A DNA stretch of 64,000 nt, from assembly GCA_022813865.1 (NCBI GenBank), contig JALDZX010000009.1:1-64000 (forward strand), read 5' to 3'. This stretch comes from Xylographa opegraphella (Eukaryota). Shown here piece after piece: positions 11,064 through 24,005 of the stretch. Each line of letters starts with the position of its first letter. The stretch's first letter is position 1. The notes beneath the pieces were generated by a model. That model saw only the letters and a list, made by a program, of their open reading frames with translations, was not told the origin of the DNA and did not search any database. Position numbers and translations under genes: made by a program.

Positions 11064-11930
11064 TCAGTTCCTGCTTCGTGTGCGGCTGCCGACGCCGACC
11101 CCATTGGAAGCAGCTTTGGTTTTCTTGGGGGTAGTCTTCGCTTTCGGCGCTTTCTTCTCCTTTGGAGCCTTGGGCTCACCTCCATCTTCCTTCTTCGGTC
11201 GTCCTCGTGGCTTCTTGGGCTCGTTGCTTTTCTCCCCAGTGCCCTCTGCCTTGGGTTTTGCAGGCCTGCCCCTCTTTCCAGTGCCAGCAGCTGCCTTCGC
11301 TGGGGCTGCCTTAGCAACGGTACTACCCTTAGGCCTGCCCTTAGATTTCTTGACTTCCTTCTCCTCAGTCTCATCCTCTTCAAGCGGACGTTTGGTGCCG
11401 GTTTTGGGGGACTTGACCGCTTCCTCGTCCGGGGGTTCCTCGTCCGGGGGTTCCTCGTCCGGGGCTTCCTCGTCCGGGGCTTCCTCGTCCGGGGCTTCCT
11501 CGTCCGGGGCTTCCTCGTCGTCGGCCTTCTCCTCGACGGTGAGTTCACTCTGCTTCTTCACAACATCGTTGCCCTCACGAGCGATGGCGACGGCTGGGTT
11601 CTCGGGCTCCCCTTTGCGCTTGATTGTGTTGCCTTTCTTGGAGGTGACCGCCACTTCGCCCTCGGTCTTCTTCTCCGCGACTTCGCCGCTAGGCTTACCG
11701 CCGCCATAGTTCCATGAAACTGATAATCCGTCAGTTGAATTCATCCACTGTTATGACATGAGACAGGACGCAGCGTGGTCGCGACATAAATACATAGCAA
11801 TTGCGCAAAACAGTAAGAACGCGTAAAATCACGGTAACCGTGCATTCATACTGCCAGAAATGTGATCCGAGGAATGTCGCGCTCGAAGACACGTACCTTG
11901 ATCTCCTTTCTCTGGTGTCTCAGACGGCAT
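11064..11930 (-). CDS. Hva1-type Tudor (DUF2945) domain protein with acidic repeats and AT-hook-like tail
   Basis: MPSETPEKGDQ|VSWNYGGGKPSGEVAE...GNTIKRKGEPENPAV..EGNDVVKKQSEL. Intron 11720-11896. KGRPK, KRGRPAK and PRGRPKK motifs. Confidence 0.85.
11419..11519 (+). repeat. Coding minisatellite, 15-bp unit, ~6.7 copies (DEEAP/DEEPP on the minus strand)
   Basis: TTCCTCGTCCGGGG(C/G) repeated in tandem. Confidence 0.95.
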
Positions 11931-12722
11931 GGTGACGTTGAGAAAACGCGCAGAAGTGTGTGCGGGTGGTCGCAAGTGTGAGCTCGTGAGTCGCGCAGGG
12001 ATAGCGACAGTGGATACGATTTTGGGGATTTTTGCGAAAATTGTGGATGGATAGAGATGGAAAAGTCGGAAAAGAAGAGGGTGAAAGGTCGAGGTCGAGG
12101 TACGAGTCGAGGCAGGAGAGTTGTCCAGGAGACCCTGGCTCCCCGCCGTGCATTGGCTGGAAAGGGCTTCGCGATGCACCAAAAGTAGCTCTTTCCGCCA
12201 ACACGCGCTAAACAGAGGCAGCTATCCACTTCCATCTATCCGTGCTCCGTGTTCCTCGCTCCGCGCGACATGTAACTCATCGACCGCTGGAAGCTGTGCG
12301 TTGTGGTCAGTCGGGATGTGAAACTCGGCGGCAATACAGCTACGTTCGTGCATCGCACTATATATATGAACATGAGGCTACGGCCATATAGGCTCACGCT
12401 CGCGGTTAAGTCCAAGGCATGGGCATCATTGCTTTGATCATTTCAGACACTCTAGTATACATTGAGGCTTGAACATCCTTTTCAAGTCATACACAATTGG
12501 ATATCCGAACCATGCTTTTGGCAATTTGCGCCCCGCGTGCAACACATTGATTTGACAAGATGAGCAGTCCCCTACCGTGGCAGCAAACAAGGACGACGAC
12601 TCCGCGCAACAGAGTAAAGACCAAACGCAGATCCTGCAAAGCAGCAATCATCTGGGGGAATCGCTGTCCGATGTTGTACCCACGAGCCGGTCATTGCAGC
12701 AAGAACTCGCTGGGAGCCGGTA

Positions 12723-15700
12723 CTAGTGGCCGTAATTACCACCCCAGCCGCCTCGATTGTTGCTTCCATAAAAATTTCCACCAAATGCTCCTGCATATCC
12801 TGCGCCATAGCCACTCCCTTGGTGGCTTTGTCCGCCGGCCTGGTGATGCGCCCCGAGACCTCCAAGGCCTGAGCCGTACTGCGAAGGTTGCTGTCCGCCG
12901 TACATCTGAGGATTCATCTGCGATGGGTAGTTGTTGAATCCTGGTTGAGGCTGACCTTGAGATGATGGAAGACTGGCCTGCGCTTGCATCGTGTTCGTTG
13001 CCGAACCTGGTCGCCCGCTCGCTTGACCAGGAGCTGGGCTGGAACCTGTAGCCATCTTCGATGCATCTCCGTATGTACGGCCAGCCTCATCGATCCCACC
13101 TTGAGGTCCACCTTGCTGTTGTGTAGCATTTTGCCCCTGGGTTGAGTAGGCACCCTGCGAGCGGCCGAAGCCTTCAGGCATGCTACCAAATGCTCCAGCA
13201 CTTCCGATATTGTGCTGTTGACTCTCAGCAGGTTGCGCGGAACCAGTGCGTCCGTAGCCCCCCAACCCGCTACTGGTCGCCTCGCGCTGGCTGTATGCCC
13301 CCACATTGGCCGGAGACGAGGAGTGATGATCATAGGTCGTTTGTGGTGACATCGCGTGACCCTGGTGAGGTTGACCGTACATGCCTTGCTTACTTCCCGC
13401 CGCACCGTATGGGCCAGCACCATATCCTCCCTGATTAGCCCCATACCCGAACTGATGATTATGTGTAAGATATTGATCTTCGTATTGACGACGAACGTCA
13501 TCGAACGCAGGGCGGTCCCGACCATATGAATGTTGACTTACCTGGTTGTAGTAGTAGGGACTATTGTAGTACGGGTGTCCGTACGGGTAGGCACCAGGTT
13601 GTCCACCAGCCTGACCTTGGCTTTGCTGCTGTGGTATTTGATGAGATGGCTGCGCTGAGACCACCCCCTGGCCCAGAACGGGATTTGGTGTCGAATGACC
13701 GCTATTGTGAACATCTCCGGCCGAGCCATAGCGTGCTTGTGGTGGGTGGTGCATCTGACTTGTAGCGTACTGTGTAGGCTGCTCGATCCCACTACTTCCG
13801 AAGGTACTTCCAGCTCTTACTTGGGTAGCACCCGCATCTGGCTGAGTTTGTTGGCCTGGCTGGCCATAGTTGCCGTAATAACTCTGATAGGCATTTCGTT
13901 GATTGTCGGAGGTATAGTATGAAGGGTAGTCGTTCGCAGCAGATGAGTATGTACCGAGAATTGACTGTGCAGGCGGCTGTTGCTGACTATTCGCTTGAGA
14001 TTGAGAAGAGTATCCATCAAACTGATGTTGTTGAGCGGCTGGCTGCTGAATCTGCTGGCCGAATGGCTCGTACGCTTTCTGAGTTGGACCGGCCACATCT
14101 TGCTGGCTTGTAGGGGTTCCAAAACGGTTGTTGAACTGATGATAAGGATAAGATCCTTGAGTGGATGATGCAGGTAACGCTTGATCAACCTGCTGAGCCG
14201 ATTGTACTTGTTGGCTCAGAGTCTGGGGCGCTACAGGTGGTAGCCCCGGAGCTGGTCGCGAGGTCGGCAATGTCTCAGCGACATATTGTGGTGCTGCAGG
14301 CGGTAGAGCAGCCCGGGGTGCTACGGGAGAATGTTGAGGTGGTTGAGTCCGAGTCTCCGCATCCTCCCTATCGTCGTCTACATCAAGGTCTTCCGAAGTT
14401 CCGTTCAATCCCATACTCCCAAATTGCACCGCTGCACGGTCCATGGCATGGTTCCCGGGCATAACAACTGCTTCTTGTTGTTCCATAACCCGCCTCTGAA
14501 AGCTTGCTGAACGACCGGATCCGCCTGTTGCTTTGTAAGCACTCGTTGCAAACCCTCCTAGCCCAGGTCTAAGTCCACCCTGCTGGCCATGAGAGGAATG
14601 CAGTGGTGTACTACCACCTACAACGCTACGAGGATCATGGGTACTGGCAACGGTGCTTGCTGCAGTAGCTGTAGGGGGTGGACCCGAAGTATCTAAGACT
14701 TGCTCTAGATTAGTCTCTGTGAGCTCATCCTTAGATGGGGTTATATTGATCGCTTCTTCTGGGGCCGGTATTCCAGTTGAGTTAGGAGTGGGAGGATCTT
14801 CTACGGTAGGTTCCTCCAATGGTATTGGAGGCGGTAAACCTGACTCCTCCAGTTGAACTTCATGGTCGACTTCTGGGTACATCAGATCCTCTGGTATGAT
14901 TTCGGGAGCTGGCGGAGCTGGCGGAGCTGGCGTGGCGGATGACATCTTGTGTCGTACTGGGACTGGGACCGGCTTTGCAAACATAGAGGCCCAGCTTCGA
15001 GTTCCGTCGGGTTTCGAACTTGCTGTTTGGGTTTCCATAACAGGAGTAGGAGCAGGAGCACTATCTACATGCGCGACCATCTCCCAAGAAGCATCAGGTG
15101 AAGTTGTACCTGCCCGGTTGTGTGTATCTGTAGTACTGCCACCTTGGTCGCTGGTGACAGTTGGTGTATCCCATGTTGAAGTACTCTCGTTTAGTCCAGG
15201 GGTCGAAACTTCATGAAACGCATCGCTGGCTCCTTTTTCATACTGGCGATTTCCGTTCGTACCAATGCCACCGCGTGAACCACGACCTGCTCCTCTTCCG
15301 CGATCTGTCGCACGACCACGCCCACCACGAAATCCTTCGGAACCACCCCTACCGCGTCCTCCACGGGATGGGACCGTTGAAATCTCAACAGTGTTTGATG
15401 GTGCGTCCTTGACTCTAGATCGTGCTCTATCTTTGGTCTTCTTCTTGACCTCACCCCACTGTGATACATTCCCTACATGGCCAGTAATGTTAGACAAGCA
15501 AACGAATCGTGACAACACTGTTTTCACAAACCTTCAGACATCCTGTCGATAGTACCTTCCAGATCACCATCAGTCTCTTCCAGAGCGAAAACAATGTCCT
15601 CATCCGTCCAATCGGGAAACATTTCCTTAATGGTGCTCAGCTTTGAGGCATATTGCTTTTTCAGTTGACCAAGTTCGCCTTCATCTTCGTAGCTTGGTGT

Positions 15701-15835
15701 CGCCAACGTGTCCACCTTATCTCCATTAAATGGCCTTGGACCACTTCTACCGCCTCTGGAACTATAGCCACCGCGCCCACCTCGTCCGGAACCTCTGCCA
15801 CGTGGGCCAGATGGTCTTGGTTGTACTTCGGACAT
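12723..15835 (-). CDS. def1: RNA polymerase II degradation factor Def1 (CUE domain, Q/G/Y-rich low-complexity tail)
   Basis: MSEVQPRPSGPRGRGSGRGGRGG; CUE domain LSTIKEMFPDWTDEDIVFALEETDGDL; SQWGEVKKKTKD; QQEAVVMPGNHAMDRAAVQFGSMGL; ends GGWGGNYGH. Intron 15474-15531. Confidence 0.92.
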
Positions 15836-16382
15836 TGCGACAGAACGAAGCTCGAAACCGTGTGTAGATACTAAGTATGAGAAACGTCACAGGAACGTAT
15901 TCCGCTCTGGAGACAGTTTACGAAGCCTGTAGACCACCTCACAAGCTTCCTGATGAATGGCCGTTCTTCAGGGATGTTCGGCGGGACGATAGCAGACCTG
16001 ATGGAGGACAGAGAGCCTCAAATTGATCGGAGGACCTCAAGCAAAGATTTAGTGTTCGAAGGTTTCAAAAAGATAAGATTGGGAAAGGCATGGTTGTGCT
16101 CCAAAGGGTACTGTGATGTTTGAAAGTGATCAAGGTGAAGGAACGCGAATTGGGACTAACGCGATTAGTCCTAGTTTCACCACACTCCGTAGGGCTGTCA
16201 CTATCCGTAGATTCGATGAGGGAAAGCTTGCTTAGATTTGGTTATCAGTCGAGACAACTTTGCTTTCAACCAAGAATTTGGCGTAAATCACGAAGCATGA
16301 GGAATGCATGTCATGTCCGGCTCTTCCACCGATTTAGTTCTTGAGGCAATCCAGGCCTTTACTATCGGGCAGATCAACAACA

Positions 16383-17681
16383 ATGAAAACCTCTGCCGTC
16401 CGCAGCCTGCGGTACCTGACATCAAAAATCCATCCTCCACTACCACTAGACACGCGGGATTCTCAGAAGCTGCTTACGCTACTAAAAACATCTTTTCGAG
16501 CTCAACTGGATCAAGAGCATGGGATAATTGGATCAAGCAAGACATCTGCCGCTGAAGTTCACTTACAGTCCGTGCTGGACAATCCACTCTTCAGTGTCCC
16601 ACCACGCCCAGAACTGTCACCGGACAATGGAAAAACGCAGAAAAGTAAGTGTAGTTCGACTGGGACCACGGAAGGCGTGGAAGGACTTCACAGGAATTCA
16701 GTGCAGCATCTCGAAGCACAATTCCGTTCTGGGACCGCTTCTAATGATATAGCGAAGTTGTGTCTCGAATATCACTTTAAAAGCTTCAATGATGTTCCCG
16801 CTAGAAGAGCCAACTTGGAGCTTCAATGGAAAGTGAGTACTGTCATGCTACACTGGCTGCATTCGAGTGGCCGTGAAAGCACCATGATCTTCTTACGAGA
16901 TAAGCGCCTGGTCTCCTTCTTGATCCCTTTCTTAATTGCTGATGGACGAGATCGACGTGTTTATCATTGGCTAGAGAGATTGCGGCTTGGTTTGATGAGA
17001 AAGTCACCGAATCTAATTGAGGATCATGTCTTCAGCGAAAACATTCGTGTTCAAGCCCACATTGTGTTTACGTTGATAAAAAGCGAAATGCACTATGGAT
17101 CTGGTCTGAATAGTGCACTTAGAGAATTTTTGGAAAACGTAGGCCCCGCCACTGAGTGGATTAACCAATTTCCAGACCTCCAAAAGGCTCGACCGTCGTC
17201 CTTTGTGGCGCGAAGAATACTCAACGGTGCCGGGAACTACATTCTCGACGGGCTTGGCTCTGCGCAGACGAGATCTGTAATTAATCTCATTAATTATGAA
17301 AGACTCTTTGAAAGTACTGAATCCTGGAGCAACAACGTCTCCCTCCATCGTGCGCTGCTTGCACTACGGCACCCTGTGGCTCCTAATCCACTACTTTCCC
17401 TACAGTATATACGCGAAGAGATGCCAAAGGCAAGGCGAAGGCGCACACCAAAGCAACGATTACAAGTCGTCAATTTATGCCTGGACACATCCAAGCTATT
17501 GCTATCCCAAGGAAAACATGCGGAGGCAGAGTGGGTCTTGAATTTTGTGTCGCAGACCTTCCCACTAGATATAGGCTGTTCGGAGACTCATCAGCATGCA
17601 GCTGCTAGCAGCCAGCAGCAGGAGTCAACCGCTAAGACAGAATCAGGGTTGCGTGAGCTGGAGGCATTGGCCTTCGAGTGA
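16383..17681 (+). CDS. Conserved Pezizomycotina hypothetical protein, possibly mitochondrial
   Basis: Single long ORF. Basic N-terminus followed by LTSKIHPPLPL..RDSQKLL.LL.TSFR.QLD.EH and HLQSVLDNPLF. Confidence 0.75.
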   Translation: MKTSAVRSLRYLTSKIHPPLPLDTRDSQKLLTLLKTSFRAQLDQEHGIIGSSKTSAAEVHLQSVLDNPLFSVPPRPELSPDNGKTQKSKCSSTGTTEGVEGLHRNSVQHLEAQFRSGTASNDIAKLCLEYHFKSFNDVPARRANLELQWKVSTVMLHWLHSSGRESTMIFLRDKRLVSFLIPFLIADGRDRRVYHWLERLRLGLMRKSPNLIEDHVFSENIRVQAHIVFTLIKSEMHYGSGLNSALREFLENVGPATEWINQFPDLQKARPSSFVARRILNGAGNYILDGLGSAQTRSVINLINYERLFESTESWSNNVSLHRALLALRHPVAPNPLLSLQYIREEMPKARRRRTPKQRLQVVNLCLDTSKLLLSQGKHAEAEWVLNFVSQTFPLDIGCSETHQHAAASSQQQESTAKTESGLRELEALAFE

Positions 17682-18547
17682 GAAGCCTGATTGGGATGAT
17701 CAGGCCCTCAAGCACATCATGACATGAGTCTGCACGAACAATGGTGTAGCCTGTTGTGTAGGAGGGTTTTAAATCTAGCCACAAGACTCTGCTGTCATGA
17801 GCGTCCTATGAAGGACTATGACGTCGAAGGACTACTGCGGACGAGAAGTACTCACTACAGAATTGCTCAGTACCTCGTCCCAAAAGTGGTGGACGCAAAG
17901 TCGTCAGGGCAGCCGTGGGGAACAAAGGACAGGATTTTGCAGAAGGGCAGGTGGTGGCCAGAGAGGTATTCCTGCCATGCATGCGGGCACGTGATAGGCC
18001 AGGGAAGCGGGATGGATGAAGCCGAGAAGTATGCTCGTCGTTGCAAGAAGTTTGAGCAAAACAGTGTGATTCGTGCACTATCGCGGCAGTAAATGCTTTT
18101 CCGCCCTGAGTTCTTACAGTTTAACCGATGTTGCTCATACTGAGAATTTGTGGTCGAATTTGCCTATATAATCACATTTGAACAGTCTTAAATGCAGTCG
18201 CAGAATGGGGTATATACGCGATAAAAGAGCAGTTCAAAAAGTCCATCACGTGCGACATATCATATGATCCCCAGCATCACCCTTCTTCGAAGCTCGGTTC
18301 CAATGCATAACCCTCCTCTCGAGATGTCCTTCCACAATCAGCCTCCTTCATTTGCTACCGTTCCCCAAGTTCAAATCAAGACTCCATAAGCCTTCCCAAG
18401 CCCTCGTTCTCTGCTTCTTGGGCGACTTTTGAGGGGACGTGCTTTGAGCTTGGGGTGGTGCATTGGTCACGGTGCTTAGCTTTGACGGCGACGCAGTGCG
18501 CGACCGTCTTTCCTGCTCTTGAAGTCAGCGCGGACTTGTGTTTCGAT

Positions 18548-21500
18548 TTACGGGCCCCAGAGAAGATGTTTGCGTACTTCTTCCGTATCAGACGTTTTGA
18601 TGGCGGGCGCGGAGCCGGGTCTGGATGGGCTCCGCGACTTGTTGGAGTCGGTCGTGGCCTCGTTCTGCGCTAACATCTGAGCTACGCCTTCAGGAATGGC
18701 TGCTGAGGTAGAACTCGAGGCATGCGGGGTAGAGGTTGCAGCCACAACACTCGTCTTTGAGCCAGAGCTACTCCGTCTGGAATCGAGACTCTTAGTAAGT
18801 GTCTTTGTTGCGCGACTCTCATCGGAAGTCTTCTTCCGCTGGATACTGCCTCTTGCGTCCACGTTGGCGCTAGCTACAGTACTTTTACCGAGACCAGGAG
18901 TGGTCGGGGCACCAGGCTTTTCTTCTTGCGCATCAAGGAGGTACCATCTTAGGCCATCAGACAGCTCGAAGGGATTCTCATCATCGAAAGAAGCTCCGCC
19001 ATCGCTGGTGGACGTGATTGAGTTGCGTCGACGATCGCTGGGCGGGTGGCTGCCGGTGATCGATTTGCTAAGGTCAACAACACGCTCTTCGACCTTCGAG
19101 ATCCTCGCGAGAAGCCAGTCCCTTGTTCTGAGCTTATGAGAGTCCTGCTCACGGAGGAAATAATGTGGCGCACCAACATTGAAAGCTGCCCATGGCCTGG
19201 TAGCTTGATTTCTGGTCGGCAAGAAGAGTGCGAGATCGCCATCCTTGAAAGAGCGATAAGCTATCTTTTCATGTGCTTCAAGCTGGGCACGACGAGATTT
19301 TTCGCGACAGGCTCTGGCTTCGCGCTGCCATTTCCTGGCCGTGTGTTCTGCCTCCTTCACGCGCTTGATGACGGCTTCGCTAAAGGTATCCATGTTGAAC
19401 GTCTGCATATCACGAATAAAGGTATTGTAGGATTGAGTTTCATAATCCAGATCATCAGCCATCGCCCAGTGAAGATATTCCGGTGGCGTCTCTTCGGACT
19501 TGGCGGGAAGAGGAGCCGACATGCTCCTGTTCATGGATTGTGACTGATCAACGAGCGTTGTACTTGCACCAACAGTTCGTGGCGTCTTCTGTACAACCAT
19601 TCCGTCTTCTTGTTTCGAGATGGTAAAACCAATGTGCTCTAATAGCCGGCTTAGTCGATCTGTATGATTGAACAGCATTGCGGATAATTCTTCAGCACGT
19701 CGGGCACGGCTCTTGAGATGAGATTCTATATTCGATCGAGCTGTCTCCAAGAACTGAATCTCATTCGCCTTGCTGGTCAGGTCAATCTCACACTGCTGCA
19801 TATGGACATTGACAGTCCCTAGCTTTGTAGATAATTCTTCAACCTTTTTCTCCTGTTCAGCAACTCTACACCGAAGTGCTTCAGAGCCAGTTTCGCCCGC
19901 GGCGAATTTAGATCTGAGCCTCCCAACCTCCTGGCGCTCATCACTAAGCTCGCGCTGAAGAGCGTATCTGTGAGCTTCGTGTTGCGCTTTTTCGTCGCTG
20001 AGAATCGAGCCTTTTTCTTTCTCAATACCGAGTTGGTCGTTGAGAAGCGCAACTTCTTGTTCTTGTCTCTTGACTCGTGCTTCGACAAGGGCATTGTCAG
20101 CACGCAGAGTTTCAAGAGCTTGCCTAAGTTCTTGCTGGTGACTGGTTGATCGCTCGGCGAGTATTTCAATCGCATCCACTAGAGATCCCAGATCATCGGG
20201 TACCCTCTCATCGGCCGATAAATGAAGATGCGTAGCTCGTAATATCGTCGTGATATCTTGGACCATGGTATCTCGTGTTTCCGTTTCACCCAGTAGGCTT
20301 GCAACTCTAGCTTCCAGTACTTCCTTTTCGTGCTGTTGCTGCTGCGTTTGTCGCTCAAGCTTGTGTGCCCTTTCGCGTTGTATAGTATAATCACTTTTGA
20401 GGAAGTCTATTTGACCATGTACTTTTTGTACCTCTTCTGCGGCTTCCCTTTTGATCTTGTCTATCTCCATATCTAAATTCCGTGTCCTTTCATCAAGACC
20501 AATTCTCGCATTATCGTGGCTTCCAAAAATTCGATCAAGTTCCTCTTCGAGCTCCTCTAACCTCAGCTTCAGCTTGTTGTTTTCGTCAACGAACAAGCGT
20601 CGCTCATCGTCAAACTCGTGCTGTTGAGCCTCGAAATTGTCTAAAAGATCCTTTTTCGTGGACAAGGCTTCCTGAATCTGGCTTCTCAATTCCTCTAGCG
20701 CTTTCGCATGATCTCCAGACGCTGCTTCAATTTGAGACGACTTCGTCTTCTCCGAGATAAGCTCAGCTTCAAGCTTCACTAATCTCATGGCAAGTGCTTT
20801 CTCCTCCATTGCATGATTCGCAGAAAATCGCCGCGAGGAGATTGACGAATGACGAGATGAATTATCTTGTGCCTTTGGTGATGAGGAAGTCTGGTTGAAG
20901 ACTGGGGATACGGCATGTCGCTCTAGAGCTGATCCACTTGATGGACCTGGAGGATTACCACCCGAAGGCTTTGTTATTTGGCTTTGGCGATGCAATAAGT
21001 CCTCCAGTTTTCGAATCCTACTTTCGGATCCTTTCAGACGGTCTTCGAGCTTCGATTTGTCACTCTGCAGAGATCGCAGAAGATCATCATCTCCACGAAG
21101 CAACAGGGAGTTCCTGCCAAATGCTGCCTCTTGCACGCTTCCGTTTTTAAAAGTGGTACTTCTCCGAATCTGCTGCCTGGTTGGAGCGTCAAGACTTTTC
21201 AATGCCTCTTGCACCTCTTTAATGGTTATATTTTGACCACCGACACTCTCGAGCACGCTAAGGAAGTCGTTGATGTTATCACGTGTGATTCGTGGCCATC
21301 CGCTTTCTTGGGCTTTGAGGTTTATCTCTATGCCCATGGCTTTCCCATCGAGTGCTTCAGGTCGCAAATGATTGCTCATCATCTTGAGCCACCTCTTCCG
21401 GCGTCGCTCTTCTTCTTCCTTGTGGATTCCCATCTCCTCGGCTAAGGTGGAAGAGTCTGCCGTCATTTTCTTATCCCATTCATGGCGTCGTACACCTTCT

Positions 21501-22871
21501 ATCAGTAGCGATCCGTATAATGATGGAAGAAGTCGAGGCAATCCAATAATGTCCAGAGCATGGCCGTCTTCATCGCCGATATTCAATGCCGCTAGTCTTG
21601 GCTTTAGTTCCGCGAGGGCCGACTCGATTGTGGATATTCCTTGCATGTAGATCAAAGCGGACTGCATAACAATGTTTTTACGATCTATAGTTTTTTGCAA
21701 TAGTTGTCCCGTTTCGGTAGCAGTCTCGATCAACGATGGTAGGAAATTACGAGTATGAAGAAGAGCATTCTTAGCTATTGTGGCTAATGACTTCGGCGTT
21801 TCGGCTAGGGAGAGATTGTTTTCGTAGTCAGAGCTAATTTTCTTCACGACTGCTTCGATCTCTTCAGCGAGCACGGTAGCAGTATTAGAAACCTCCGTTG
21901 TTGGGCCCACAAAATTGTTGTTGAAGTTACCAATTAGGTCCGCGCTCTTCTGGACAATATCGTCATAGGTTGAAGCCAGCTCGGATGACTGGCGTTGCAG
22001 ACGTTGAGAGATGTTTCCAGAGTGTAGAGCAGCTTGTCGAACCTGTGCAACATCTATAAAGTCTTGCAATGTTGGATTATTACCGTAGTCCGTAATATCA
22101 ACTGTGGATCTACCTTGTTTCCGCATGAAAACTAATAACTCGCTCTTTGCCGGAATTGACGAAAGTTGTTGTAGTGAAGACTCCCAGGTGTCTAATAACA
22201 TCGAATGCTCGCGAACAGCGTCTCTTGCCCATGTGTTTGCTGCCTCGTAGTTTTCGTATAATCTTCCGAGATGCTGTTTGACGTTCTCGACCGCAATACC
22301 AGTCGCCCGCTGAATAGCCGTTGCTTCTTTGTCATAACCTTCAGCTTCTCGCAAGTATCCCTCACATTCGGTCGAAAGCCTTATTGCCCAGGCTCTTCGA
22401 TCCCGGAAGAGTTTCTGCCATTCTGCTAGAGTGCTTTCATTGCCGAGATTGGCCGGAGGTTCCTGCGGTATGAATGCAGCAGGGCTGGTTAATCTGGGCG
22501 CCTTTACTTTTAGTGCGCCAGAAAACGGTGGCGAAAGAAGCTCTCGATCATAAACAAATATCTCGCTCTAAGGAAAAACATCAGTATCCGGAGAAGTTGA
22601 ACATAGACCGGGATTGTGATTAAGTACCTCTGTAAGTAGTGTTTGAAGCTTGACCGGCTTTCCTCGTGCGGTCATAAGAATCAGGAGAGAAGCCTTGAGG
22701 TCTGCGCTTCTGGCGATCCATAATTTCAGAGTTTCCAACCTGTTCTTTTGTCAGCAAGTTTAGTTCTCCCACCGATTCCGTAGGTAAATTATGGCAAACT
22801 TACGAAGCAAATGATAACGGATCTGCCTCGAAGCAAACCCCAGTATGTGCAAGAAATATGTGCAAAGGCAT
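18548..22871 (-). CDS. atg11: Autophagy-related protein Atg11
   Basis: N-terminal exons MPLHIFLAHTG..ILMTARGKPVKLQTL (introns ~22741-22805 and 22569-22628). Long coiled coils. C-terminal claw domain KIAYRSFKDGDLALFLPTRNQATRPWAAFNVGAPHYFL and DDENPFELSDGLRWYLLDA. Confidence 0.95.
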
Positions 22872-23124
22872 CCCTCTACATTACAGCTTGTACCGATGCT
22901 CAATATCCATGCCGCCAGTATGTACAAACACAATGAGATATGGTTGGCGAATGATCATAGAGTTTCTTGTGACACAGCGGCCATACACATCATGCGGATC
23001 TATATAACTCCGGAATCTGCTGCAGCCAGCCTCACTAGCTTCGGGAAGGGGACTGGCGCTCTTGGCACCGGCGGCTAAGTCTGAAGATCAGTTTACTTCT
23101 GGTCCGGCTGGCTTCTGAAATACC

Positions 23125-24005
23125 ATGATGGATATCGTCGACATGCAGGCCAACGATATCCAACACATAGCAAAGTCCAACACGACAGATGAAGACGGAT
23201 CTCTTGCTGATCTTCTAAACTCCATCCCATCTCACGACACAGTGCTATTGACGGACCGTGAGCAGGATATAGTGAATCTATATGATCAGTTGAGTGATTT
23301 ACGTCTTGAACATGCTCTGCTACAGGTTCAGCGTGACACAGGTAGAAGCGCAATCTGTCGAGTATTGCCAAATGTACTGGCTAAGGTGGACTCAGATCAA
23401 GACGCGGAGCTTCCTCAGGAGACAACCGAGTCACACCTGAGGGCTATGGAGCGAGAATGCCTCGAGGCAAGAGCAGCCTATTTGCTCAAGAACAGTGCAA
23501 TTGAGGACGTTCTCGTCGTGGCGCCACTTCTTGAGGCCATTCATAGTAATGCTGACACTAATTCTATCAATAGGTTGAGAATCACCACTGGGCTGGCAAT
23601 CGTTCATACATAAGGTATGCTAATCTGAGAAACAGACTTCTGCGTCCTCTTGTAGCCGATCGGGATATTGTGTCTATGGCTCATACGAATCTCTCCACAA
23701 TGTACCAATCGATCATGAATACATTGTCTTCAACCGAGACAGAAAGCATCGTCACTCTCCGGATGAACCAACAGTTGACAACGGATCTTCTCGGCCTGAC
23801 AGACCAACTCAAAGCTCAAGAACCCGCTAACATCGACGACCCTGAGCTCCGGCACACACTTGAGGAATTGCAGAAGCGAAGCAAAGAAGCAAAGCGTCGA
23901 TGGCGAATTATGAAAAGCCTAGTCTCAGCTGTCATCGCTGGCAGTGGAGTTGACTGGGCTCATGACGAGAATTTGAGAGACTTGGTCCTAGACGATGAAG
24001 ATTGA
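23125..24005 (+). CDS. Centromere protein H (CENP-H/Fta3 family)
   Basis: LYDQLSDLRLEHALL; C-terminal RWRIMKSLVSAVIAGSGVDWAHDENLRDLVLDDED. Introns ~23342-23395 and 23572-23634. Confidence 0.85.

Noticed and set aside
10904..11548. ORF with RKPRT repeats
   Set aside because: Alternative frame of the DEEAP minisatellite.
17724..18092. 122-aa ORF with CxxC/H
   Set aside because: It lies in the 3'UTR zone between convergent genes and has no family signature.
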